Positions 10,053-18,187 of a stretch of 64,000 bases of DNA are shown piece after piece. Location: assembly GCA_964480485.1 (NCBI GenBank), contig CAYZOP010000005.1, positions 124,793 to 188,792 of the forward strand, written 5' to 3'. Under the pieces are notes generated by a model. The model saw only the letters and a list, made by a program, of their open reading frames with translations. It made no database searches and was not told the DNA's origin. The position numbers and the translations under genes were made by a program. Numbering within the stretch: the first letter of the stretch is position 1; every line of letters begins with the position of its first letter. The DNA is from an uncultured Desulfobacterales bacterium (lineage in GTDB: Bacteria > Desulfobacterota > Desulfobaccia > Desulfobaccales > 0-14-0-80-60-11).

Positions 10053-11219
10053 ATGCCAGAACCAAGCTATCTTCGGCTGCAGGCGCTGGTTTTTTTCCTG
10101 GTGGCCGCGGCCATCAGCAATATGTATCTGACCCAGCCGGTTTTGCCGGTATTGCAGCAGGAATTCGGGGTCAGTGCTCCGGTGGCCTCCCTCACGGTGT
10201 CGGCGGTGATTTTGGGCATCGCCCTGGCGAATCTGCCCTTCGGCTGGCTGGCGGACCGCTATCCGGTGCGGCTCATCATTCTCGCCGGGGCGGCGGCGGT
10301 GGCGGTGGGCGGTTTGATTGGCGCCCTGACCCGCGTGTTTGCGATGTTGGTGGCGGCGCGCCTCCTCCAGGGACTGTTCATCCCGGCGCTCACCACCTGC
10401 CTGGCCGCCTATCTCTCCCGCACGCTGCCGGTGGACCGGCTCAACGTGGTCATGGGCTCCTACGTGGCGGCTACGGTGGCCGGGGGGCTGGGGGGGCGGC
10501 TGTTGGGCGGCTGGCTGCACCCGCCGCTGCACTGGCGCTATGCCTTCCTCACCTCCGCCGGGCTGGTGGCGGCGGCGGCCCTGATGGCGTGGCGCTGGCT
10601 GCCGCAGGAAGGCGGCGGCGGTGGGGCGGGCGAAGCCGGTGAAGGCTTCCTGTCCTTACTGGCCCGGCGGGAACTGCTGGGGTCCTTTTTGGCGGCCGCC
10701 AGTGGGATGTCGGTCTTTGCGGCGGTGTTCAACTATCTCCCCTTTTATCTGGCCGGGCCGCCTTTTCTGGCCTCTACCCAGACCATTACCCTGATGTATC
10801 TCACGTATATCACGGGGATCGTAGTGGGGCCCACCGCAGGTCAGTTGAGCAATCGGGTGGGGAACGGCGCCACCATGGCCGGGGGGGCCGGCATCATGGC
10901 CCTGGCCCTGCTGGTCACCCTCATCCCGGCCAAAGCCGCGGTGGTTTTGGCCCTGGTGCTCATGTGCACCGGCTTTTTCGCCCTGCACGCGGCGGCGGCC
11001 GGGGCCCTAAACCGCAAGTTGACCGCCGGCCGGGGCCGGGGCAATTCCCTTTATGTGCTCCTGTATTATGCCGGGGGCGCCCTGGGCATTACGGCGAGCG
11101 GCTTTTGCTACTCCGGGGCGGGCTGGCCGGGGGTGGTGGGCCTGGGTCTTGCCACCCTGGCCGCGCCTCTGGCCGCAGGAATGCGGGAGCGGCGATTGGA
11201 GGCTTCCGGGCCGGAGTGA
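10053..11219 (+). CDS. MFS transporter (YnfM-like)
   Basis: About 12 hydrophobic segments; MFS motif GWLADRYPVR; Y.TQP.LP; NSLY.L.YY.GG.LG as in YnfM-type exporters. Confidence 0.85.
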   Translation: MPEPSYLRLQALVFFLVAAAISNMYLTQPVLPVLQQEFGVSAPVASLTVSAVILGIALANLPFGWLADRYPVRLIILAGAAAVAVGGLIGALTRVFAMLVAARLLQGLFIPALTTCLAAYLSRTLPVDRLNVVMGSYVAATVAGGLGGRLLGGWLHPPLHWRYAFLTSAGLVAAAALMAWRWLPQEGGGGGAGEAGEGFLSLLARRELLGSFLAAASGMSVFAAVFNYLPFYLAGPPFLASTQTITLMYLTYITGIVVGPTAGQLSNRVGNGATMAGGAGIMALALLVTLIPAKAAVVLALVLMCTGFFALHAAAAGALNRKLTAGRGRGNSLYVLLYYAGGALGITASGFCYSGAGWPGVVGLGLATLAAPLAAGMRERRLEASGPE

Positions 11220-11406
11220 GGGGGGACTGGCCGAGGGCCGTCTTGGGGCGGCCCCCGAAAGCCGGCCCTTGGCCCTTTCGCCTGGGGGCAAAGCGGGGTA
11301 TAGTGAAAGGCAGGAACCCACCGCCAAGGTGATGCGGGGAGTTTATCAAAGTGAGAAATTTTCCCTTAGCTTCTTTAACATCCCAGGCACCGGAAGGTCT
11401 AATCCA

Positions 11407-12021
11407 ATGAGGCCCGGTGAGGAGGCGCCATGGACCGACCCTCACCTGGTTACCCGGGCGCAGCAAGGGGACCTGGCGGCTTTTGAAGCGCTGGTGAAGA
11501 AGTATCAGCGGGAAGTTTACGGCTTGGCTTGCCGGCTGGTGAACGACAGCGAAGAGGCCCGGGACCTGACCCAACAGGCGTTTTTGCAGGCCTTTGTGCA
11601 TATCCGGGAGTTTCGCCAGCAATCAGCCTTTCGCACCTGGCTGTTCCGGATTGCCATTAACCAGTGCTACAATTTTTTGAAGAACAAGAGGAAGTATGGC
11701 GAGCCGGCGGATGTCCAGAGCATGATCCTGGAGTCGGAAGACTCCCCGGAAACGGATCTGGCGGCTGAAGAGGAGCGGGCCCGGGTTTACCAGGCCCTGG
11801 CGAAACTCCCGGCAAAGCAACGGGCAGTCATTACCCTGAAGCTGGAGCAGAATCTTTCCTACCAGGAGATCGCCCAGGTGGTGGGGGGAACGGCCGGTGC
11901 CGCCCGGGTCAATTACTGCCAGGGTCTCAAAAATTTGAAAAAGCTGGTGCAAAGCGAGCAGGACCATGACGTGGAAATGCGCTCTTATCCAAAGGTGGCT
12001 CCCCGAATATCCCGACGCTGA
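11407..12021 (+). CDS. ECF-family RNA polymerase sigma factor (RpoE-like)
   Basis: GD.AAFEALV.KYQ; A.DLTQQAFL.A; F.TWLFRIA.N; region 4 LP.KQR.V..L...LSYQEIA. Start placed at MRPGEE. Confidence 0.93.
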   Translation: MRPGEEAPWTDPHLVTRAQQGDLAAFEALVKKYQREVYGLACRLVNDSEEARDLTQQAFLQAFVHIREFRQQSAFRTWLFRIAINQCYNFLKNKRKYGEPADVQSMILESEDSPETDLAAEEERARVYQALAKLPAKQRAVITLKLEQNLSYQEIAQVVGGTAGAARVNYCQGLKNLKKLVQSEQDHDVEMRSYPKVAPRISRR

Positions 12022-12604
12022 GCCTTCGGGATGGCGGAAACGGCTGGCGGCCAGGCATCTTAAGCACTGTCCCGAGTGTCGCCGGGAGCTCGGGGAGCTT
12101 CAGGCGACCATCCGTCTGCTGCAATCCCATCCGGTGCCGGACCCCGGGAAGGAGTTCTGGGAGGCCTTCGACCGGGAGCTTCATGTGAAGCTGGCCCAGG
12201 TGAATCAGGCCCACGCCCCGGCTCCCCGGCACTGGCGCCTGCCGTATTATCTGGCCGGCGCGCCGGTCCTGGTGGTTTTGCTCCTGTGGCTGAGCGGCCA
12301 GCTGGGCCCCCTCCCCTGGCAGGCGTCCAGACTGGCTGAGGCTCCCCGGGAGAGCGTCCCGGCGCCGGCTTCCCTGGCCCGCCAGGCGACCCGCGCCACC
12401 GAAGCCGAGGTGGAGCTGGCGGGCCATTCCAGGGCCGGGGCCAACCACCAGCCTGGGCCGGAAAAGGTCCTGTATGCCGGCATCGATGAGGGCTTGTGGG
12501 AAGACGATGTGGTGGTGAATTGGGAGGTGGACCCGGTATTGGCTGACCTTTCCCCCCAGGAACGGGAGACGCTGGCCCGGAAGTTGACAGGGAGAGAACC
12601 ATGA
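11966..12604 (+). CDS. Zinc-finger (HxxxCxxC) anti-sigma factor with a single TM segment
   Basis: N-terminal C...HLKHCPEC (ZAS/zf-HC2 type); hydrophobic APVLVVLLLWL; overlaps the end of the ECF sigma gene. Confidence 0.82.
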   Translation: MTWKCALIQRWLPEYPDAEPSGWRKRLAARHLKHCPECRRELGELQATIRLLQSHPVPDPGKEFWEAFDRELHVKLAQVNQAHAPAPRHWRLPYYLAGAPVLVVLLLWLSGQLGPLPWQASRLAEAPRESVPAPASLARQATRATEAEVELAGHSRAGANHQPGPEKVLYAGIDEGLWEDDVVVNWEVDPVLADLSPQERETLARKLTGREP

Positions 12605-13134
12605 CGAGACATCTGGTCCTGAGAATTTCTGCCGCTTGCCTGCTTCTGGGCTGGCTGGCCGGCATGGCCGCAGCCCAGGGCTTCGACCCGCCGGACTCCA
12701 TGGATCGTTATCAGGCGGAGGTGAAGCGGACCAAATTGGGACCGGCTCTAGGGGTGGATCAGCGGACGGTGGACACCCTTCTGAAAATTGACCAGAAATA
12801 CCGGCTCCAAAAGGACCAGGCCAAACGGGAGGCCCTGGCGTCCTTCCAGCAACTCCAGCAGGCCATGAGCAAACCGAACCCCTCGGACCAAGAGGTGCAG
12901 GTCATTTTGGACCGAATGATGCACAGCCGGCAGGAAACCCTGAATCTGCAACAGCGGCAGTTTCAGGAGGAAATGAGCGTGCTCACCCCGGTGCAGCAGG
13001 CCCGTTACCTGATGTTTCTCATGAGTATGCGAAAACAGGTGGCCCAGGAAGCCCTGGAATTGAAAAGCGGCCCCAAGGCGGCCAGGCCTCTGGCGCCTCC
13101 CCGGGAACTGCCGGTGACGCGGCCCAACCCTTAA
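12601..13134 (+). CDS. Spy/CpxP-like periplasmic protein (LTxxQ motif)
   Basis: Signal peptide; helical, Q/M/R-rich; VLTPVQQARY motif; ATGA-coupled to the anti-sigma gene. Confidence 0.7.
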   Translation: MTRHLVLRISAACLLLGWLAGMAAAQGFDPPDSMDRYQAEVKRTKLGPALGVDQRTVDTLLKIDQKYRLQKDQAKREALASFQQLQQAMSKPNPSDQEVQVILDRMMHSRQETLNLQQRQFQEEMSVLTPVQQARYLMFLMSMRKQVAQEALELKSGPKAARPLAPPRELPVTRPNP

Positions 13135-13493
13135 AGGGCAAGCCCCCATCGGAGAAAGCCGGCAGGGACCGGCCTTCCCCCAGCCAATTGCCCAGGTTCA
13201 GCAGTCTTGCGGCGCCGCTTCCGGACCGGACCCAACCGGCTCCCGAGGCAGTCTGCGGGTCCTGCCTTGGCCGGTTGTTCGCTGGCACTCCTCCCAGGCT
13301 GCCGGTCATCAACCGGTGGCCGACCCTCCCGCTTAAAAACGACGTTCACCTTCCCCGGGGCAGTGCCCCATCCACCGTGACTGAGCCCCCGGGGCTGAGG
13401 CGCCTGTTGGGCAGGGAGCACCCCCGGGTGGTTTGGCCATGGAGGTTTTCCCGGAGGCGCCGTCCGGTTGGCGGCGGGGGATTGCAAAAGCTC

Positions 13494-13523
13494 TTGTCAA
13501 GAGGGGAAGCCTGACGGTAAAAT
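13494..13523 (+). promoter_or_regulatory. Probable sigma70 promoter of tRNA-Leu
   Basis: TTGTCA-18 nt-TAAAAT ending 10 nt before the tRNA 5' end. Confidence 0.5.
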
Positions 13524-13532
13524 ATGCCCAAT

Positions 13533-13620
13533 GCCGGAGTGGTGGAATGGGTAGACGCAGGGGACTCAAAATCCCCCGGGCCGCGGGCCTGTGCGAGTTC
13601 GAGTCTCGCCTCCGGCACCA
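13533..13620 (+). tRNA. tRNA-Leu(CAA)
   Basis: GCCGGAG/CTCCGGC acceptor stem, D-loop GGTGGAATGGGTAGAC, anticodon arm GGGGA-CTCAAAA-TCCCC, long variable arm, GTTCGAGTC T-loop, encoded CCA. Confidence 0.96.
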
Positions 13621-13758
13621 CAGCTGCCAGGAAATAAGGGAGGGCCTCGGCCGCCCGGCCGGGGCCCTGTTGGTCTCGGGATGCGCCTGAAGCCGGATGG
13701 AGGCCAGGACCCGGGAACTCCGGATTCAGGTTGCGCCGGGCAGGGTGATGATCCTGGC

Positions 13759-15114
13759 CTATTCCTCCTCCTCTTCCAGCTCGATGCCGTCCCGTTCGAA
13801 CTGCTCGGCCCTAAGAGCCCGGGCCGCCTCGATCTCCGCCTCGCTCCAGGGTTCGTAGTCCAGGCAATTGGCCACCAGTTCCCAGAGATAGAGCGTTTCC
13901 TTATAGTGGCCCATGTCCATTTGGCCTTTCTTGACCTCGCCCCCCAGGCCCTTTAAGATCTGATCCCGGCAGTTATGGCAGGGAGCGATGACCAGCTCGG
14001 CGCCGGTGGCCCGGATCTGGTCGGCCTTCATGCGGCCGTAGGCCAGGCGTTCCTCATCGTAGGGCATGGCCCAGGCCCCGCCCCCGGCGCCGCAGCATAA
14101 ATTGTTCAGCGGATCGTCCGTCATCTCCCGGTAGAGGGCGGGGTCGATACACTGCTGGGCGATCCAGCGGGTCTGATAGGCGGTGTGCTCTCCGAAGGCC
14201 ATGTGGGATTTGCGCACGTAATTGCACGGGTCGTGTACCGTGTAAGTTTCGTGATAGGTGCGGGTATTGAGCCTGATCCTGCCTGCCTTGATATATTCCT
14301 CCAGCAGGTCCATGACGCTCACCACCCTAAACTCTTCAAAAACTTCCGGAAACCAGTTTTGGAACCCGAACCGGGTCGCATAGTAGGCGTGCCCTCATTC
14401 GGGGTATAAGATAGTCTTGCATTTCAATCGCCGGGCGTTTTCGATGACCCGGGCCACCTGAGCCTTCATGGACTCGTCGTCCCCGGAGAACAGGCCCCAG
14501 TTGACTCCTTCCCAGTTGATGGAGGAGACGGTCCAGTCCTCCCGGGCGGCGTAAAAGATGCGCCACCAGAACTTCATGTCGTCGGGCTCGCCGAAGGGCT
14601 CCTTGGAGTTGACGGTGACAATGAGGTTGGCCCCTTCCTTGTCCACCGGCACATAGAACCCGGGACAGGGCTGGGACTCGTCGTTTTCCATCTCCACGCC
14701 CAAATCCGCCAACAGGAACAGGAAGTCATCCCGGGGAATCCCCAGGTTGTTGCCCCGCTCCAAGTTCATCATGGTGCCCTTGTGGATGGGACCCGGCACC
14801 TGATCCCGGTCCCGGGCGGTGCGGCAGGCCCGGAAGGCCTTGAGGAGCTGGATGCCCATGGGGCACTGATACTGGCAGCGGCCGCACAGGGTGCAGACCC
14901 AGGGCCACTTGGAGTCGATGACCTCCTGCTCAAGCCCGAAAACAATGGCCCGGATGGCCTTGCGGGGGTCCCACCCCGGCACCAGGCCGGAGGCGGGGCA
15001 GCCGCCGGAGCAGGTGCCGCAGGTATAGCAACGGTCCGCCACCTCGGGGCTGAGCCCGCCGATGCGCCGCACCCGACGGTCCACGCTCACCCACGGAAAA
15101 GCCTCTTCTGCCAT
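13759..15114 (-). CDS. HdrD/GlpC-like Fe-S oxidoreductase (2x[4Fe-4S] + CCG domains), probable selenoprotein (UGA at 14395-14397)
   Basis: ORFs 14395..15156 and 13759..14325 are in one frame separated only by TGA. Read-through gives ILYPE-U-GHAYY where the family has PECGH. CYTCGTCSGGCP and CTLCGRCQYQCP ferredoxin motifs; HDPCN, CCGAGGG, PCHNC CCG motifs. GGAGG RBS before ATG 15114. Confidence 0.88.
14363..14377 (-). promoter_or_regulatory. Candidate bacterial SECIS hairpin
   Basis: mRNA: UGA + 17 nt + G-ACCCG-[GUU]-CGGGU-U, a 5-6 bp stem with G first in the apical loop. Confidence 0.65.
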
Positions 15115-15253
15115 GTTCCCTCCAAACGTACGCTTGATTTGGGGAGAGGAGGCCAAAGGTGGGCGGTCCCTCCCCCCCTCCCCCCCTGCCGATCTACAGG
15201 GGGGAGAGGCGCTCGAAGGGAGGACCGGCGGCTCCTGGCCCTCCCCGCAATCT

Positions 15254-18187
15254 TCAGCCGGTGTGGAGAAACTCTTTTACCAGGCGGCTCCAGCCCAATT
15301 CCGGATAGTGGCCGAAGACGTCGTCGATGAGCGCGCCGCCGGACTGGAGGGTGGCGCCCACCGAGGGCTCCAGCATGCCGATGAGCCTTAGGGTCTCCTG
15401 TTCCATCCAGGGGAGGCAGGCCGGGCCGGAAAGCAGGTTTCCCAAATCCTGGCTCAGTTCCGTGGGAGCCACCATGATCAGCCAGCCGTCGCCGTAGGGG
15501 TCGTCATGCACCAGCCCCGGCCGGTTTAGAACCTTGGGGTTCACCGCTTCGATGATCCCATAGACCGGGCCCAGGACCGCAGCCTGCTCTTTGCCGCGAT
15601 GCAGGGCCAGCGCCGCTTGCTCCCGGCGGATCTCCTGGCCGACCTTGGGCAGCCGCAGGCTGTCGCCCGGCCCCAGGACTTTCTGGGAAAAATCGTCCAT
15701 CCCCAGGCGCAGCCGGCCGCCGGATTCCAGGGCCACCCACGTATGGCCCCGGTGGAGAAAGCGGGAGGTGGGCACCTTGAGGCCGAAGACTTCCTCAAAC
15801 TCCTCCATCATCTTGGCCAGAAAGACGGCCAGAGCCCGGTATTCCGGAGTTTGCTCCAGGACCTCCCGGGCCCCCCCGGTCAGCCGCTTGACGGCCTCCT
15901 GCTGGCCCCGGGAGGGCAGGAAGGCGTTGCCTGGCCGCAGCCGTCGGTTCACTACGGCGGTGGCCAGGACGGATTCGCCCCCGTTTTCCACCGTAAGGAA
16001 ATCCCCTGGCTGGATGCCTAAAGAGTGGGCATCCTGGGGATTGAGTTCAACGATGACTTCTTCGTTTTCCCGGAAGGGCACCGGCGGTTGCCCCACCTGA
16101 GAAACGCCGGGGTGCCGGGCGAAGGCGGTGCCGATGGTCAGCCAGAAGGGGTGGGCGGGATCGATGGCGGTGGCTTGGGGCCCCAGATTGGCCACGAAGT
16201 GGTCCAGGGTGTCCAGGAAATCCCCCGGAGCATTGGCTGCCAGAGAGTGAAACAGCAGGCGGTTTGGGTCGATGCCGGCCTCCGCCAGCAGGGCCTGGAC
16301 CTGCTCCACCCCCCGGGCGGCGCACAGGTTGCCATGGGAGGACTTGCAGTTGTCCGTCGGGCAGGAGAGCACCATGACTCCGTCGGCTCCGGCTTCGAAG
16401 GCCTGGAGCAGGTATTCCGGATCAACCTTGCCGGCGCACGGCATCTTGATGGGGGTGAAGCCCAAGGGCAGCGACGCGGCATGCTGACGGGTCGTTGTCT
16501 GCCAGGCCTCCCAAGCGGAGTTGCGGCACAGGAAGGCAACGATGCGCGGGCGGAGGTGGGGATCCAGGGCAGTAAGCTGCGCCATCACCTGATCGTCGGC
16601 ATAGTTCCGCAGTTGGATGGCGTCGTTGGGGCACTGGCTGGCACAGGTGCCGCAACCCTGGCAGGCCAGCTCATGGATGATGGCTCGACTGTCCCAGGTA
16701 ATGGCCCCATGCGGGCAGAAGCGGTGGCAGGTGAGGCACAGGACGCATTTACCCCGATCCACCACCGCCCGGCCCGCCGGGGCCACCGCCTGACCCTGGC
16801 CCAAGAGGTCCTGAACCGCCAGGAGCGCGGCGTTGACATCGGCATCAGTATCCTCCAGATCCATGAGGCCCCGGGCGGGCCCAACCACGAAAATCCCCCG
16901 GCGGTTGGTGGCCACCGGGATATAGTGGACGTTGTCATCCTGGAGAAAGCCCCGGGGGCCCAGGGGCAGGCGGAGGAGTTCGGCCAGCCGGGCATTGTCC
17001 TCCGTGGCCCGGTACTGGTCGTCCAGGACCACCAGGTCGGCCATCAGGGCCATCTCCTCACGCAGGGTGGGCTCATAAAAGGTGAGGCGCACTCCGGCGT
17101 CCGTCAGGCTGAAGATCGGGCAGTCCCGGAGCTTGATGAACACCAGGCCGGCTTCCTGGGCCTCCCGAAGAGCCCGCTCGATTCCCTTGCCGGCCAGCTT
17201 GGTGTTGCCCACCAGGAGAAACACCCGGCTGCCGGCTTCCAGCATCTTGGCGGCGGCCTTGAGAGCCCGGCCCAGAGATAAGGGGTGGCTCTCCCCGGCC
17301 AGCCCTACCAGAAAGGCGACGCTGCCCGGGAGGGCGGCGCCGGCAGCCAGCTTGGCCTCCAGCCGTCTCTGGGAGATGATGCCGGGGTGCTCCGGCGCCC
17401 CGTGGCAGTTGCGGGCGCTCTGGCGTTGCAGTTCCGGGGCCAACACCACGGCGCCCACCGTCTCCCGCAGCTGGCCTTGGGGGGTGGCGAGGCTTACGGT
17501 GAAGGCGCCGGTGACGCCGCCGAAGTCCCGGATAGTTGCCTCAAACACCCTCTGGATGAGGGGATGGTCCTGTATCTGCCGGGTAAGGCTGGCCAGCAAC
17601 TCCGATCCCGCAATTCCCAGGGCATATTCGAAGGCCAGGGAGCTGGGCTCAGGGTTGGGACTGGCCAAGAGGACCGGATAGTCCATCTGGGCCAATTCCC
17701 AGGCCAGGCGCCAGGCGGCATAGGAATCCCCCCACACCAGAACCCGGCGGCTGACCGGCACGGTTTGGGAGCTAAGGGGCACGGCCCGGCTGACCTGGGC
17801 GGCCGCCAGGTGGATCATCTCCAGGCTCTTGGCGGTGCGGGCCGCCGGATCCGGGTATTCCAGGGCGAGGGTCAGGTCCACTTCCTGAAAGCGGGCGGGG
17901 TTCACCCCCACCTCCTCCAGCAGGAAGCGGGCCACCCCGGCGCCCCGGTGTTCCGGATCCTTGGCCACCAGGAGCACCGGTCCCGCTGCCTGGTCCGGCG
18001 GGAACAGGGGACGCAGCAGTTCCGCCTGCCGGTGGGCCGGCAGCGCCGGGTCCACGGGGATCACCTGGCAGTCAGGGAGGCGGGCCTCCTCATGGGAAAA
18101 CTTTTGGGGGTCCAAGCCGGCCTGGGCCAGTTCCGGGCCGTGCATGACCAGGATATGCAGGGTGCTGTCGGGGTGTGCAGGGTTCAC
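15254..18187 (-). CDS. Multidomain fusion: degenerate HdrA-like half + 2x[4Fe-4S] + MvhD + molybdopterin-dinucleotide-binding-fold domain + GcvH-like domain
   Basis: HdrA-like segments (VGAVVLA, GFLQDDNVHYIPVATNRRGIFVVGPARG); CVLCLTCHRFCP and CQGCGTCASQCP; MvhD (IVAFLC, MPCAGKVDPEYLLQAFEAGADGV.V.SC..DNC...GN); VELNPQDAHSLGIQPGDFLTV...PGNAFLP; GHTWV...GMDDFSQK...GPVYGIIEAVN...DDPYGDGWL. GTG start overlaps the upstream stop (GTGA) after a GGAGG RBS. Confidence 0.85.
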   Translation of the reverse strand: MNPAHPDSTLHILVMHGPELAQAGLDPQKFSHEEARLPDCQVIPVDPALPAHRQAELLRPLFPPDQAAGPVLLVAKDPEHRGAGVARFLLEEVGVNPARFQEVDLTLALEYPDPAARTAKSLEMIHLAAAQVSRAVPLSSQTVPVSRRVLVWGDSYAAWRLAWELAQMDYPVLLASPNPEPSSLAFEYALGIAGSELLASLTRQIQDHPLIQRVFEATIRDFGGVTGAFTVSLATPQGQLRETVGAVVLAPELQRQSARNCHGAPEHPGIISQRRLEAKLAAGAALPGSVAFLVGLAGESHPLSLGRALKAAAKMLEAGSRVFLLVGNTKLAGKGIERALREAQEAGLVFIKLRDCPIFSLTDAGVRLTFYEPTLREEMALMADLVVLDDQYRATEDNARLAELLRLPLGPRGFLQDDNVHYIPVATNRRGIFVVGPARGLMDLEDTDADVNAALLAVQDLLGQGQAVAPAGRAVVDRGKCVLCLTCHRFCPHGAITWDSRAIIHELACQGCGTCASQCPNDAIQLRNYADDQVMAQLTALDPHLRPRIVAFLCRNSAWEAWQTTTRQHAASLPLGFTPIKMPCAGKVDPEYLLQAFEAGADGVMVLSCPTDNCKSSHGNLCAARGVEQVQALLAEAGIDPNRLLFHSLAANAPGDFLDTLDHFVANLGPQATAIDPAHPFWLTIGTAFARHPGVSQVGQPPVPFRENEEVIVELNPQDAHSLGIQPGDFLTVENGGESVLATAVVNRRLRPGNAFLPSRGQQEAVKRLTGGAREVLEQTPEYRALAVFLAKMMEEFEEVFGLKVPTSRFLHRGHTWVALESGGRLRLGMDDFSQKVLGPGDSLRLPKVGQEIRREQAALALHRGKEQAAVLGPVYGIIEAVNPKVLNRPGLVHDDPYGDGWLIMVAPTELSQDLGNLLSGPACLPWMEQETLRLIGMLEPSVGATLQSGGALIDDVFGHYPELGWSRLVKEFLHTG

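Noticed and set aside
13190-13280. GGTCCGGAAG segment (minus strand) resembling the SRP RNA loop; similar AAGGAAGCAG near 53325-53350
   Set aside because: Neither has the full CAGG-NNN-GNRA-NNN-AGCAG arrangement or the long flanking helix.
13759-15156. Interpretation of the split hdrD-like gene and split mvhD (21013-21594) as pseudogenes
   Set aside because: Both breaks are single in-frame TGA codons at conserved Cys columns with SECIS-like hairpins, and the sequence is undegraded on both sides.
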